Shown: positions 41,574 to 52,406, counted from the first letter of the stretch. The stretch is DNA of 64,000 nt from an uncultured Nitrospinota bacterium (GCA_963707985.1 CAVPRW010000014.1:192001-256000); one strand, 5' to 3'. Notes: generated by a model from the letters alone, not told the origin. A program made the numbers and translations.

Positions 41574-42578
41574 ATGGCCTATTCGATCGGTCAGAATCCA
41601 GATTCAAGCGTTACGTCGGTGTCGTCGCGCCATCCCATCGATCAGGTGTCACCCGTTCCTGCACGGATCCTCGTGGTTGACGACGAGGAGGATATACGGC
41701 AGATCATCGTCGACACCCTCGGGCATGACGGGTATCTGGTCTGTGAAGCCCACGACGGAACTGCGGCCCTGGAATGCTTAGAACGCGAGTCGTTCGCACT
41801 GGTCATCATGGATATCGTCATGCCACACCTCGATGGCCTGAGTGTGATCAAAATCGCCGGGCAGCGCGGCTATCGTAGCACCTATGTCGTCATGTCGAGC
41901 TATACCACCTGGGACTTGGCGGCCGAGGCGATGAAGTTAGGCGCGGCCGATTATCTCCCTAAGCCCTTTCCCCTGGAGCTTCTCCGCCTAGTGGTTGGGC
42001 GTGCCCTACACGTCCAACGGGTGGCTGAGCGCGCCCAACAGGCCGATCTCTATGAAAAGCTGGCCCACACGGATGGTTTGACAGAGCTCTATAACTATCG
42101 ATTTTTCCAGCAGCTCTTGAGTGTTGAGCTCAATCGGGCAAAGCGCTTCAACCGTGCCTTGTCCTTGATTATGGCAGACCTCGATCACTTTAAGGCCTAC
42201 AACGACATTTATGGACACCAAGCGGGGGATCAGGCCCTGCAACAGATCGGCGCCTTACTGCGGCGTTCGAGCCGCAGCTATGACCTGGTAGCCCGTTATG
42301 GCGGCGATGAATTCGTCATCATCTTGCCCGAGACCTCCAAGAAGCTGGCCGGTGAGGTCGCCGAGCGTGTGCGCCTGGGGATTGAGCACGCCAGCATTAC
42401 AGGCGACCCCCAAGGGCCCGCTGGCCATTTCACAGTCAGTCTTGGAATCGCGACCTTTCCAGAGGATGCGATGGAGCAGAGCGATCTGATCCGTAAGGCT
42501 GATCTGGCCCTGTACCAGGCGAAGAGCGGCGGACGCAATCGCATCGTGACGTATGACGAAGGACCCCCACCAGGGTAG
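41574..42578 (+). CDS. Response regulator diguanylate cyclase (REC-GGDEF)
   Basis: VVDDE...MDIVMP...PKP; TDGLTELYN, DLDHFKAYND, RSYD I-site, RYGGDEF, ADLALYQAK. Start is uncertain. Confidence 0.92.
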   Translation: MAYSIGQNPDSSVTSVSSRHPIDQVSPVPARILVVDDEEDIRQIIVDTLGHDGYLVCEAHDGTAALECLERESFALVIMDIVMPHLDGLSVIKIAGQRGYRSTYVVMSSYTTWDLAAEAMKLGAADYLPKPFPLELLRLVVGRALHVQRVAERAQQADLYEKLAHTDGLTELYNYRFFQQLLSVELNRAKRFNRALSLIMADLDHFKAYNDIYGHQAGDQALQQIGALLRRSSRSYDLVARYGGDEFVIILPETSKKLAGEVAERVRLGIEHASITGDPQGPAGHFTVSLGIATFPEDAMEQSDLIRKADLALYQAKSGGRNRIVTYDEGPPPG

Positions 42579-42735
42579 CAGCGCTCGGCTCAGGTCGTGA
42601 GGCGGGTATTCTCCGTGCAGAGCCCCCGTAGTGACCACGCCCTTGGGTCCCATACAGCCCCCGACGCAGGCGACAGCTCGCCCCATGGACTCCTGAGGAA
42701 CCTGATCTGAGGCGGGGAGCCAGAGAAATTTCTGC

Positions 42736-42764
42736 TTGACCCCCAGAGATTCGGTTGCTAGAAT
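42736..42764 (+). promoter_or_regulatory. sigma70-type promoter
   Basis: TTGACC-17 nt-TAGAAT with TGn extension. Confidence 0.6.
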
Positions 42765-42862
42765 CAAAATCCCCTCAGGACAATCGTCGCAAAGCCGTGT
42801 AGTCCTCACGACGACCTTCGGCCATCGCTGAAACTGCAGATACCAGCCAAGAGGAGGCAACG

Positions 42863-43777
42863 ATGCGGCATTGGGAACACCACCGCACACGATCGAAAGT
42901 GGCGTTGCTTCTACTGATCAATCTCGTGGCGCTCCTCGGTGGGAAATATCTGGCGCTGATCACCATCGTCAAGATCGAGTTGTTTGGCGAAGCCATAGCC
43001 TTCGCCAAAGCGCCTAAGAAGAAACTGCCGAAAGCCCACCTTAACCGTGCGCAGCGCGGTCATTCCCCACCGCCTGCCGTCACCTGGTCGTTCCCCAGGC
43101 TCGCCGGAGAATACCCACGCTCACGCGAGCGCTTGCATGTGATTCGCCCCGGCGAGACGCTGTCAGAGATCGCCGCCGCCTATGGGCTCAGTGTCGAGGC
43201 TTTGCGGCGAGTGAATCGCCTCTCCCCGACGGGTCATCCTCTCGTCGGAGAAAGCCTGCGCATTCCCACCACCACGAGCCCCCAAAGCATCGCCGAGTCC
43301 CATCCATCCTCTATTGCGAGCGAGGCCACCCTCTTGCTGGCGCTACAGCGTCACCTTGAGCGCCAACCCCAGACTCCGCCTAAGAACCGCCATGGCTTCA
43401 TCTGGCCGGTGGTGGGCCAAGTCACCTCGCCCTTTGGCGAGCGCGAGCATGCGATGGGCGGTGGCGGAGCACAATTCCATGCAGGTATCGACATCAGTGT
43501 CCTACCGGGGACTCCGATAGTGGCGGCGCAAGAAGGAACGGTCGCGTTTGCGGGGTATAATGGAGCTTACGGCAAGGTGGTCAAGCTCGACCACGCCAAT
43601 GGCTTCTCAACCCTGTATGCCCATAATTCACGGCTCCTCGTCTACGTCGGCCAGACTATCGAAGCGGGTCAGGTCATCTGCCTCAGCGGCAGTACCGGTC
43701 GCTCAACTGGCCCTCATCTGCACTTTGAAGTCCATAAAGATGGATGGCCAGTGGACCCTTTACCGTACCTCGAGTGA
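42863..43777 (+). CDS. LysM + M23 peptidoglycan endopeptidase
   Basis: N-terminal TM helix, HVIRPGETLSEIA (LysM), HAGIDI, YAHN, STGPHLHFEV. Confidence 0.92.
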   Translation: MRHWEHHRTRSKVALLLLINLVALLGGKYLALITIVKIELFGEAIAFAKAPKKKLPKAHLNRAQRGHSPPPAVTWSFPRLAGEYPRSRERLHVIRPGETLSEIAAAYGLSVEALRRVNRLSPTGHPLVGESLRIPTTTSPQSIAESHPSSIASEATLLLALQRHLERQPQTPPKNRHGFIWPVVGQVTSPFGEREHAMGGGGAQFHAGIDISVLPGTPIVAAQEGTVAFAGYNGAYGKVVKLDHANGFSTLYAHNSRLLVYVGQTIEAGQVICLSGSTGRSTGPHLHFEVHKDGWPVDPLPYLE

Positions 43778-43837
43778 GGTCAATCCTGTATTCAAGCCCT
43801 TTGCCGACTCTCTGTGCCCCCTAAACCGCACTTTCTC

Positions 43838-43866
43838 TTGACATCGCGCCAATAATTGTGTAGAAA
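43838..43866 (+). promoter_or_regulatory. sigma70-type promoter for HU
   Basis: TTGACA-17 nt-TAGAAA. Confidence 0.5.
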
Positions 43867-43930
43867 AGAGCGTGAACACTGTGGTTCGGGGGCAATGCCT
43901 TCGCCAAACCCTAGGCATAAGGAGGAATCC

Positions 43931-44224
43931 ATGAACAAGGCTGAGCTTGTTTCCGCGATGGCCAAGGAAGCGGGCATCACCAAAGGACAGGCGGAAAGGG
44001 CACTGAACTGCATGCAATCCTCGGTTGTCGACGCCATCCGCAAGGGCGAGAAGGTCACCCTGGTGGGTTTTGGCACCTTCTCCTCCGTGCAGCGCAAGGC
44101 AAGAACTGGGCGCAATCCACAGACTGGATCGGAAATTAAGATTCCAGCGAAGCGAGTGCCCAAATTTGCGCCGGGGGTCTCACTGCGCGATGCAGCATCG
44201 AAAGGGCGGGCACGCAAGAAGTGA
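43931..44224 (+). CDS. hup: HU-family DNA-binding protein
   Basis: MNKAELV...VTLVGFGTF...ARTGRNPQTG...PKFAPG; AAGGAGG RBS. Confidence 0.95.
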   Translation: MNKAELVSAMAKEAGITKGQAERALNCMQSSVVDAIRKGEKVTLVGFGTFSSVQRKARTGRNPQTGSEIKIPAKRVPKFAPGVSLRDAASKGRARKK

Positions 44225-44496
44225 CGAGTGGCTCCTGTGGAAACAGGTGACGCATGGGCAGGATCGGGTTGCGCCTATCGCTGGTGCGAACGTCCTGCCC
44301 GTGCCTAGACCACGGATCAAAGTAACGCCTTAATCGGCCTGAGGCACTCAGGCCATGTGCCTCACGTGAGTCCTCTGTCGCACTCTTACCGAGGTATTGG
44401 TTCCACCGTCTGGCACTCGAACTCCCCTTGGACACGAAGCATGTCCATACTGCTAGATCGAATCCTCAGGCCGCACATGGCCTCAGCTCTCGACGG

Positions 44497-45585
44497 TTAG
44501 CGGGAGTTCTGTCTTGACAGGGCTTCGGTACCATTGTCGGTGCTAGACGGAGACGGTCTTCCCTGCAGTTGCATCAGTTCACCTCGCAACTGTGCCAATG
44601 CGTCAAGGAGTTCGCCTCGGGCCGACGGCACGTGCCTGGAGGTTCGGGCCTGCAGTCGAGTAGGTTCGGCGTCCTGCGCATGAGTGAGGTCACGTGTATT
44701 GCCTGGGGCCCATAGGCGAAACCGCCGTCGTGTCTTCTGTACTACGCGCACCCGACGCATGATAGCCATAGGCACCAACGCTTCATTCGTCGCCCGTGAC
44801 CGCGGATCCGGCTGCAGCGCCGGCAGGAAGGGCAGCTCAGCGGCAAGTTGTTCGCGCATCCGCCCTATCGACGAGCTCAGTGCTTCTCGCCGCCGCCGTT
44901 CCCGCTCAATAGCGCTCCGTTGCCTCATGTACCCCATGGCGAGGGATGCGACCGAGACCATGAAGAATCCCCCCAGTACTAGCGTCGACACGGCTGTAAT
45001 GGCATTCCCAGCACGATCCTCATTGGGGGGTGAACCCACCTCCCACGGTGCGACTCGTTCGACCATGTTGTGGATTTCCTGACGAATCCCCTCGATCTCG
45101 CGTTCGACCATGTTTTGATTGGAGGCTCCCGCCACCGCAGGGGCCACTGGCATAGCCTCGAGGTAAGGACGATCGCGGTTTTTCGCCTTGACTGGTAGGG
45201 ACAGGTTCGATGCGGGCGCCATGTCCACCCGTATACGGGCCGCCTGTAGCTCGCTCGTCAGAAATAAGCGGTTTAGTGTTTGCCCGCCATAACTGACTTC
45301 TAGTTCGACATCCGACAGGGCGCGAAGACGGAGTTCAACCACATGCTGCTTAACGAATGCGAGGGTATCAGGGGGGTGCCGGACCTTCACCGCGGCGATA
45401 GCCGAAGCGTCATACGGTGGGGTGAGGATAGGAAGGCGAAAGATATACAGAGGAGCGTTGCTCGGTACTGCCTGTAATTCACCCAATTCAATGGCAAGTA
45501 CCTGGCTCCCCCCCATTATGCTTGCCACCACCAGCGCGATGGTGGTCACCCCCATCGCCACTGCCCTCCTCCGTACCCAGCTCAT
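44497..45585 (-). CDS. Hypothetical bitopic membrane protein
   Basis: Signal peptide ending VLA-IELGELQ, central TM helix, coiled-coil segments; upstream TTGACA-17-TAGGTT. Confidence 0.65.
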   Translation of the reverse strand: MSWVRRRAVAMGVTTIALVVASIMGGSQVLAIELGELQAVPSNAPLYIFRLPILTPPYDASAIAAVKVRHPPDTLAFVKQHVVELRLRALSDVELEVSYGGQTLNRLFLTSELQAARIRVDMAPASNLSLPVKAKNRDRPYLEAMPVAPAVAGASNQNMVEREIEGIRQEIHNMVERVAPWEVGSPPNEDRAGNAITAVSTLVLGGFFMVSVASLAMGYMRQRSAIERERRRREALSSSIGRMREQLAAELPFLPALQPDPRSRATNEALVPMAIMRRVRVVQKTRRRFRLWAPGNTRDLTHAQDAEPTRLQARTSRHVPSARGELLDALAQLRGELMQLQGRPSPSSTDNGTEALSRQNSR

Positions 45586-45771
45586 AGACACGCCCCCAGC
45601 TGGATCGCATCTCCTTGCAAACCAACCTGTACAGTGCTATGACTAACGCTTACGGACAGGAGAGGATAGGGTAACCAACCGACGGGATAGAGCATCACTA
45701 ACCTATCATAGGCTGCTGCCTCTGTCAACCGACAACATAGCTCCAGACGACACATCGGAGAGCTGCACAAC

Positions 45772-47166
45772 ATGGATGCGACGACGTTCGCAGACAAGCG
45801 CATTACGATCATGGGGCTGGGATTTTTCGGGGGTTCAATCGGTTTGGCACGATATCTGGTATCACAGGGGGCCCAGGTGACGATCACCGATCTCAAACCA
45901 GCAGCCGAGCTCCAGGACTCTATTGCGGCGCTGCGTGGGCTCCCGGTGCGGTTTGTGCTGGGGGGGCATGAGGTGCGGGACTTCACGGACGTCGACATGG
46001 TGTTTGCGAGCCCAGCCGTGCGCCAGGACTCCGCCTATCTCATCGCCGCCCGTGCCCAGGGTGTGCCGATCGATACCGAGATGAACCTGTTCATGCGGCT
46101 CTGTCGTGGTTCCGTCATCGGGGTGACTGGGAGTAATGGCAAGACGACAACGACCAGCCTGATCGGCGCGGTCCTGCGGGCGGCGAACCCACGGACGCAG
46201 GTCGGGGGGAATATCGGTCGCTCCCTGCTCCCCGAGGTGGGAGTCATCGAGCCGGGCGACCCTGTGGTGTTGGAGCTCTCCAGTTTTCAGCTCGCGGATC
46301 TCGCCGCGGTTGGACGTAGTCCACATATCGGCCTCTTCCTCAACCTCTCTCCCAACCACCTCGATCGGCACGGCACCATGGAGGCCTATCTGGCGGCGAA
46401 GACGCAAATTTTTGCCGATCAAGGACCTGATGATGTCGCCATCCTCAATGCCGATGATCCGCACCTGCACCCGCTCGTCGGCCGTCTGCGCAGTCAGGTG
46501 CGCCTGTTCAGTGGTGTGCATGCGGTCGAGGAGGGGGCCTATGTCGAAGGCGATCGTCTCGTCGTCGCCCACTCAGGAATGGCGTTGGAGGTATGCCGCC
46601 TGGGGGACATCCCGCTTCTTGGGCGGCATAATGTGGCGAATGTCCTGGCTGCAGTGGCGGCAGCTGATGCCTGGGGGGTTTCAGCCGCGGTGATGCGGGC
46701 TGCGATCCGCACCTTCCCCGGCGTGGAGCATCGCCTTGAACACGTGCGTGCGCTGCATGGCGTCAGTTTTTACAACGACTCGATCGCCACCACACCTACT
46801 GGTACGCTGGCCGCCTTGGCAGCGATTCAACAGCCCATCTGGCTCATCGCTGGGGGCTATGATAAGGGCCTGCCCTTTCAAGCCTTGGGGGAGGGTATCG
46901 TGCAATGCACCAAAGGTGTATTTCTCATCGGCAGGACCGCGCCGAAGATCGCCCAGGCCATCACCCATGCCCGCCCGCCGGGGAGTGACCTGCCGGTCGT
47001 CCACTTGTGTGCTGATTTACGGGAGGCGGTGCTGGCAGCCTTCGGCGCCGCACGCCCTGGAGAGGTGGTGCTGTTGTCACCAGCCTGCGCCAGCTACGAT
47101 CAGTTTCGCAACTTCGTCGAGCGTGGTCGTCTCTTCAAGCAGCTCGTGTGCGCATTAGATACCTAA
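45772..47166 (+). CDS. murD: UDP-N-acetylmuramoyl-L-alanine--D-glutamate ligase
   Basis: GVTGSNGKTTT, GGNIG, ELSSFQL, NHLDRH, EHRLE, YNDS, LLSPACASYDQF. Confidence 0.96.
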   Translation: MDATTFADKRITIMGLGFFGGSIGLARYLVSQGAQVTITDLKPAAELQDSIAALRGLPVRFVLGGHEVRDFTDVDMVFASPAVRQDSAYLIAARAQGVPIDTEMNLFMRLCRGSVIGVTGSNGKTTTTSLIGAVLRAANPRTQVGGNIGRSLLPEVGVIEPGDPVVLELSSFQLADLAAVGRSPHIGLFLNLSPNHLDRHGTMEAYLAAKTQIFADQGPDDVAILNADDPHLHPLVGRLRSQVRLFSGVHAVEEGAYVEGDRLVVAHSGMALEVCRLGDIPLLGRHNVANVLAAVAAADAWGVSAAVMRAAIRTFPGVEHRLEHVRALHGVSFYNDSIATTPTGTLAALAAIQQPIWLIAGGYDKGLPFQALGEGIVQCTKGVFLIGRTAPKIAQAITHARPPGSDLPVVHLCADLREAVLAAFGAARPGEVVLLSPACASYDQFRNFVERGRLFKQLVCALDT

Positions 47167-47322
47167 CACGCGCCTCACGCAGTGACTCCAATCGTGGTCC
47201 CGCGCCTGGCACTGATGACTGTGCCGAAAGCTCCTTGCAATCGCTGTGACTGTTCCGTATAGTAAGACGCCTGAGGGAATCAGAACCGGTTCACGTCGCC
47301 ACCTGCTCGGGAGCCGAGACTT

Positions 47323-47775
47323 ATGCAACTGCGCAAAAGGTGCTTCCCACGCGGTCTGTTACAGGGAATCGTGGCGTGGTTGACCGTGCTGGCACTGGTA
47401 GGGTGTTCCTACAAGCCAGGCTATCTCACGGGCGTGAAGACCGAAGTACCCCAGCGCTGGAAAGTTGAGAAGATTGCGCCTGGACGTCTTTCGGCGGACC
47501 AACAGGCGACCTTGGAAGATCGTGGGCCCCCCACGTATGTGCGGTTTTTTCGCGAGGTCGAGACCCGGCATCCGGTTTATGCCTGGATTTACGCCGATAC
47601 AGGGGAAGCCGTCAATGTAGTCTGGTTCGTCGACGGCAAACGTGTAGAGAATATCGCCGTCGATAGCGATCCCTCGGCCTTTAGCTCAACCACCCGCCGC
47701 CGCACCCGCATCGCCTTGCTGGTCGGTACGGGCGCGGCCATTCTCCCTAGCGTGTTGCTGCTCTCCAACCGTTGA
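47323..47775 (+). CDS. Hypothetical lipoprotein
   Basis: Lipobox LVGC and a hydrophobic C-terminal tail; promoter TTGCAA-17-TATAGT at 47235-47263. Confidence 0.7.
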   Translation: MQLRKRCFPRGLLQGIVAWLTVLALVGCSYKPGYLTGVKTEVPQRWKVEKIAPGRLSADQQATLEDRGPPTYVRFFREVETRHPVYAWIYADTGEAVNVVWFVDGKRVENIAVDSDPSAFSSTTRRRTRIALLVGTGAAILPSVLLLSNR

Positions 47776-47824
47776 GCGCTGATTGCTGCTGAGACGCCAG
47801 CCCAGATATGCTGGTGCGTGTATC

Positions 47825-49183
47825 TCAGCCTAGATGCTCCTGTAGCTTCTCAACTAACCTCTCGATACTGACCCGCTCTTGGGCCATAGAATCACGTTCA
47901 CGCACGGTCACGGTGTTATCGACCAGGGTCTCCGAATCAACCGTGATACCGTACGGTGTGCCGATCTCATCCTGCCGTCGGTAGCGCCGACCGATCGCCC
48001 CAGCTTCATCGTAGAATACCTTGAAATGCGGCCGTAGCATGGCCGTCACGCGGTGGGCGATCTCCGGCATGCCATCGCGTTTGACCAAGGGGAAAATGGC
48101 GGCTTTGATCGGAGCTAGCACGGGGGAGAGGTGTAGAACCACCCGCTCCGCTTCCTCGTCATAGGCGTCGATGAGACAGGTCAATAAGGTGCGGTCAACG
48201 CCGGCAGAGGTCTCGATGATATACGGAACGAAACGCTCCCGCGTGGCTTCATCGAAGTATGACAAGTCCTTGCCGCTGAATTGCTGATGCTGGGTGAGGT
48301 CAAAGTCACCCCGATTGTGAATGCCTTCCAGTTCCCGCCAGCCAAACGGATACTGGTACTCGAGATCGAATGCGGCGCGCGCGTAGTGCGCCAGCTCTTG
48401 CGGGCTGTGCTGATGAAACCGCAAGTGTTCTGGTTTGATACCCAGGCTAAGATACCAGTTGAACCGTGCTTCCCGCCAATGCTCAAACCACTCCATGGCG
48501 GTGTCGGGTTTGACGAAAAATTGCATCTCCATCTGCTCGAACTCACGCGAGCGAAAGATGAAGTTGCCTGGAGAGATTTCATTGCGGAAGGCTTTGCCGA
48601 TCTGGCCGATGCCGAAGGGGATCTTTTGGCGTGACGGCTGCAGCACATTACGAAAATTGACGTAGATCCCCTGCGCGGTTTCAGGTCTCAGGTAGATACG
48701 TGCCCCTTCATCTTCTACAGGGCCAATGTAGGTTTGAAACATCAAATTGAACAGCCGCGGTTCGGTCAATTCTCCTGGACATCCCGCCGTGCCCGGTGCG
48801 ACACTCGGCTTGCGCGGACAGCTCGCCTCTCCCACCTGATCGGTGCGAAATCGCTGCTTGCAAAGTTTGCAATCCACCATCGGATCGCTAAAGCCGGCGA
48901 CGTGACCAGAAGCTTCCCACACCCGTGGGTGCATCAGAATGGCGGCGTCGATCCCCTCGATGTCATCGCGGAGGCGGGTCATGCTGCGCCACCACCATGC
49001 CTTGATATTGTTCTTCAACTCAACGCCGAGTGGTCCATAGTCCCAGCAACTGTTGATGCCCCCGTAGATCTCGCTGGATGGAAATATAAAACCACGACGT
49101 TTGCACAGTGCTACAAGCTTGTCCATCACATTGCTACGTTCGAATGCGTGAGCTGGTTGCACTTCGTGTTCCTCGGAATCCAC
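47825..49183 (-). CDS. glyQS: Glycine--tRNA ligase, alpha2 (single-subunit) type
   Basis: LCKRRGF...[53 protein letters not shown]. Confidence 0.96.
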   Translation of the reverse strand: MDSEEHEVQPAHAFERSNVMDKLVALCKRRGFIFPSSEIYGGINSCWDYGPLGVELKNNIKAWWWRSMTRLRDDIEGIDAAILMHPRVWEASGHVAGFSDPMVDCKLCKQRFRTDQVGEASCPRKPSVAPGTAGCPGELTEPRLFNLMFQTYIGPVEDEGARIYLRPETAQGIYVNFRNVLQPSRQKIPFGIGQIGKAFRNEISPGNFIFRSREFEQMEMQFFVKPDTAMEWFEHWREARFNWYLSLGIKPEHLRFHQHSPQELAHYARAAFDLEYQYPFGWRELEGIHNRGDFDLTQHQQFSGKDLSYFDEATRERFVPYIIETSAGVDRTLLTCLIDAYDEEAERVVLHLSPVLAPIKAAIFPLVKRDGMPEIAHRVTAMLRPHFKVFYDEAGAIGRRYRRQDEIGTPYGITVDSETLVDNTVTVRERDSMAQERVSIERLVEKLQEHLG

Positions 49184-49309
49184 ACCCCCTCCTTTATGCT
49201 GTTCGCCTGAGCAGGTTTCTGATTCATCGGTGGTTGCGAACGACCTCCTGATCCAGCGGTTCTTTTGACCAACTGTAAGGCTTCAGCTAGGCATTATCAA
49301 GACCTTGGG

Positions 49310-51079
49310 TTAGAGCGCTGGCGGCTTCAAGATCTGCTGCTGTATCGACTGGGCCATGAGGGTGAAGCCCAACGCCGACACCACCACGGCCATGCCAGGA
49401 AATAAGACGATCGCCGGATTCACATGCAGATACGGTAAATTAGCCTTGAGATCCCCCCCCCAGCTTGGAATCAGCGGCAGCAGGCCGATGTCGAGAAAGT
49501 TCAAGGTGGCTTCGAGGATGATGGCGCTGCCAAGCGCGTGTAACCAGAGAGCGGCCATCAGGGCAGTGGCGGGGAAGACACGTCGGCGCCCACCGGTGTC
49601 TCCTCGTAAGAATGCGGCGGCCATGTGCGGAGTCAGGGCCGCGGTCAGCGCCACCATCTCCTGCCAGTGCCCCTGTCCCAGGAGCGTCATCAACAGCAGT
49701 CCGAGGAGCAACGGCGGAAACGTCTCGATGACCCGCACGACAGGGGTCATCAGGGCAATCCCCAGGTGGTGTACCAACCGTGGCACGTAACCGAGGAGAC
49801 TCGCCAGTATGAGGGCTCCGGTCGCGCTCGCACCGGCTATCATCAAGGTATAGCGGCCACCATGAATGACGCGGCTAAGGATGTCGCGACCGAGCAAATC
49901 GGACCCCATCCAATACTGCGTGGTGGGCGGTTGCAAACGATCTTTCATATGCACTTCATCCGGTAGATAGGGCGCAATGGAGCTCGCACACACGGTGGTG
50001 GCGGCCAGGGCCAGAACCAGTACGGCGCCCAGGAAGAACTTGTCCTGCATGAACAAGCGACCCAAGCCTGAAGGGGATTTCGGCAGTGGTTCATCGTTCA
50101 GTTTGGCGGCCTGCCGACCGAGACGGCGTGTTCGGGCAGCTTCGAGACCTTCCACGACGGCGCGTGTGACCGCGTAGGCACCGACAACGATCATCAAAAA
50201 GGCCTGGATTTTGGGATGGTCCCGCCGGACAAAGGCCTCGATGCCGAAATCGCCGAAGCCCGGAATTGTAAAGATTTTCTCCGCGAGCAACACGCTTCCG
50301 AGCAGCCACGGCACTGATTGCAGCAAAACCACCGCGCTATGGCCGAGAGCCCGGACAAATACTCTTCCGAAGCCACCATTGGCGAGGTCGGATGGTACGA
50401 CACCACCGTAGTCAGATACATGACCAGCCACAACCAGGCGAGCTGCCACACGGGGACCGATGATCATGCCATACAATACCGCCACCGACAGGGCTGGTAA
50501 CAACAATTGTCGATAGGCCTGCCAGGGACGCTCGGCGAAAAACGCAAAACCACCGACGGGAAACCACTCCAGGTGCCAGACAAAGAAAAACTTCATGAGA
50601 ATAGCGCCGTAGAAGTCCGGGAAACCGCCCGCCAATACACATAGTCCCTGCCCGCGGCCAGTGTATGGCCGTTCCCGTGGATAGATCGCCACCAGGGCAA
50701 AGAACGCGCCGATCAGGACCGTTAAACAAAAAATCTCGCCCAAGAGCTTGAGCGTCAGCGGTAGAGTGAATTCAACCTCGCGGATAACAGGGCGTCCGGT
50801 AAATTTCGATCGCCCCCACTCACCCTCCACCCAATGACGTAACCAGCGTCCATATTGTTCATAAAGCGGTTGGTCGAAGCCATAGTGCTCACGCAACGCT
50901 GTTGCACGCTCAGCGGTGTACGGCCAACCAATCAAAGCTCGTTCCGGGCCTCCCGGGGCCAGATGGGGAATGATGAAAATGATGGTGAGCACTCCAAAGA
51001 GCACCACAATAAGGCCGAGCAGATGCCTGATGAGGTTAAAAGCTATGGCACGCACACAGACCCTCCAAGCCGATGCCAT
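49310..51079 (-). CDS. Fused DppB/DppC-like ABC transporter permease
   Basis: DppB-like N-half (LAPGGP...YGFDQPLYEQY...EKIFTIPGFG...RDHP) joined to a DppC-like half (MGSDLLGRDILSRVIHG...EATLNFL...PSWG...FPG). Confidence 0.75.
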   Translation of the reverse strand: MASAWRVCVRAIAFNLIRHLLGLIVVLFGVLTIIFIIPHLAPGGPERALIGWPYTAERATALREHYGFDQPLYEQYGRWLRHWVEGEWGRSKFTGRPVIREVEFTLPLTLKLLGEIFCLTVLIGAFFALVAIYPRERPYTGRGQGLCVLAGGFPDFYGAILMKFFFVWHLEWFPVGGFAFFAERPWQAYRQLLLPALSVAVLYGMIIGPRVAARLVVAGHVSDYGGVVPSDLANGGFGRVFVRALGHSAVVLLQSVPWLLGSVLLAEKIFTIPGFGDFGIEAFVRRDHPKIQAFLMIVVGAYAVTRAVVEGLEAARTRRLGRQAAKLNDEPLPKSPSGLGRLFMQDKFFLGAVLVLALAATTVCASSIAPYLPDEVHMKDRLQPPTTQYWMGSDLLGRDILSRVIHGGRYTLMIAGASATGALILASLLGYVPRLVHHLGIALMTPVVRVIETFPPLLLGLLLMTLLGQGHWQEMVALTAALTPHMAAAFLRGDTGGRRRVFPATALMAALWLHALGSAIILEATLNFLDIGLLPLIPSWGGDLKANLPYLHVNPAIVLFPGMAVVVSALGFTLMAQSIQQQILKPPAL

Positions 51080-51211
51080 TATTATCATCCGGTTACTCGC
51101 CGGGTGTCAATCGCATTCCCGAAGCCTTGCATGAGTGTTGGAAGGCTTGCTAGAATATGCTGACTGATATCGTTGCGGCAGTCCTGTTTTTCCGTTGTGA
51201 TGAGGCATGCA

Positions 51212-52294
51212 ATGGCCAACATCGCCCCAGCCTTTCCCACCATGACCGATCTGAAAGACCTCTCTTTCACACAACTGCAGACATGGCTGGCCGACCGGGG
51301 TGTCGAAGGCTATCGTGCCAGGCAAGTCGCGCGCTGGGTGTTCAAGGTGGGTGTAACCCAAGTCTCCGACATGACTGATGTCCCCAAAGCGCTGCGACAG
51401 GCGCTGGAACAGCACGCTCAGATGACGCAGTTGCCTGGTCTCGTGGTCTACCAGGCGAGCGATGGGACGTGCAAGCTGCGTTATCAACTCGACGATGGGG
51501 CCGTGATTGAGAGCGTGTTGATTCGGGAGCCAACACGTCTCACCCTATGTGTGTCGACACAGGCGGGCTGCCGTATTGGCTGCGCCTTTTGTTTGACCAC
51601 CAAGGGCGGATTGCGACGCCATCTGCGTCCAGCCGAGATCGTCGACCAGATTATCCAGGCGCGCAAGCACCTCGATCCAGGCGAGCCATTGACCAATTTG
51701 GTATTCATGGGCATGGGGGAACCGTTCGACAATTACCTCCATACCGTCCAGGCGTTACATATCATCACCCACCCAGATGCCATGGGCTTTTCGCCCCGCC
51801 GTATCACCGTCTCGACCTCTGGGTTAGTGCCCGCCATCCGCAAATTTGGGGCCGAAGGGCTCCGGGTTAACCTCGCCGTTTCGCTCAACGCTCCCAACGA
51901 TGCCTTGCGCTCCCAGCTCATGCCGATCAATAAACGCTGGCCCATTCGCGAATTGCTGTCGGCGTGTCGGGAGTATCCGCTGCCGTCGGGTCGCCGCATC
52001 ACGTTCGAGTACGTGCTGTTAGCAGGGATCAATGACCATCCGGCGCATGCCGAGCAGGTGGCGCGTTTGCTGACAGGCTTGCGCTGCAAAATCAACCTTA
52101 TCCCCTTCAACGAATTCCCCGGTACCGCCTTTCAACGCCCTTCAGCGGAAACGGTCAAGCGCTTCCAGGCAATCCTGCTTGACCATTATTTTACCGCCAC
52201 CATCCGAGAGAGCCGCGGGCGGGAGATCGGTGCCGCCTGTGGTCAACTGGCGGAACGTTCACCGCTGGCGCCCTTCGCACTTGACACTGAATGA
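51212..52294 (+). CDS. rlmN: Dual-specificity RNA methyltransferase RlmN
   Basis: CVSTQAGCRIGCAFC, MGMGEP, ITFEYVL, AACGQL. Start may be 51242. Confidence 0.95.
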   Translation: MANIAPAFPTMTDLKDLSFTQLQTWLADRGVEGYRARQVARWVFKVGVTQVSDMTDVPKALRQALEQHAQMTQLPGLVVYQASDGTCKLRYQLDDGAVIESVLIREPTRLTLCVSTQAGCRIGCAFCLTTKGGLRRHLRPAEIVDQIIQARKHLDPGEPLTNLVFMGMGEPFDNYLHTVQALHIITHPDAMGFSPRRITVSTSGLVPAIRKFGAEGLRVNLAVSLNAPNDALRSQLMPINKRWPIRELLSACREYPLPSGRRITFEYVLLAGINDHPAHAEQVARLLTGLRCKINLIPFNEFPGTAFQRPSAETVKRFQAILLDHYFTATIRESRGREIGAACGQLAERSPLAPFALDTE

Positions 52295-52309
52295 ACCGTT
52301 GGCTAGGAT
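52281..52309 (+). promoter_or_regulatory. sigma70-type promoter for coaD-aminotransferase
   Basis: TTGACA-17 nt-TAGGAT. Confidence 0.55.
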
Positions 52310-52406
52310 ACGCCAGCGTTTCCAGAACCCCAGCCGAGTGCTAGGGTTTCCGGCGGGAGCCGTCGAGGAGTCGACACAGGACCAGCGTGGAGGGGAAGGT
52401 CAGGTA

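Noticed and set aside
42770..42862. c-di-AMP or c-di-GMP riboswitch upstream of the LysM-M23 gene
   Set aside because: The context is suggestive, but I could not match the conserved motifs of either class by eye.
49184..49309. T-box leader upstream of glyQS
   Set aside because: Too short, with no T-box consensus or terminator.
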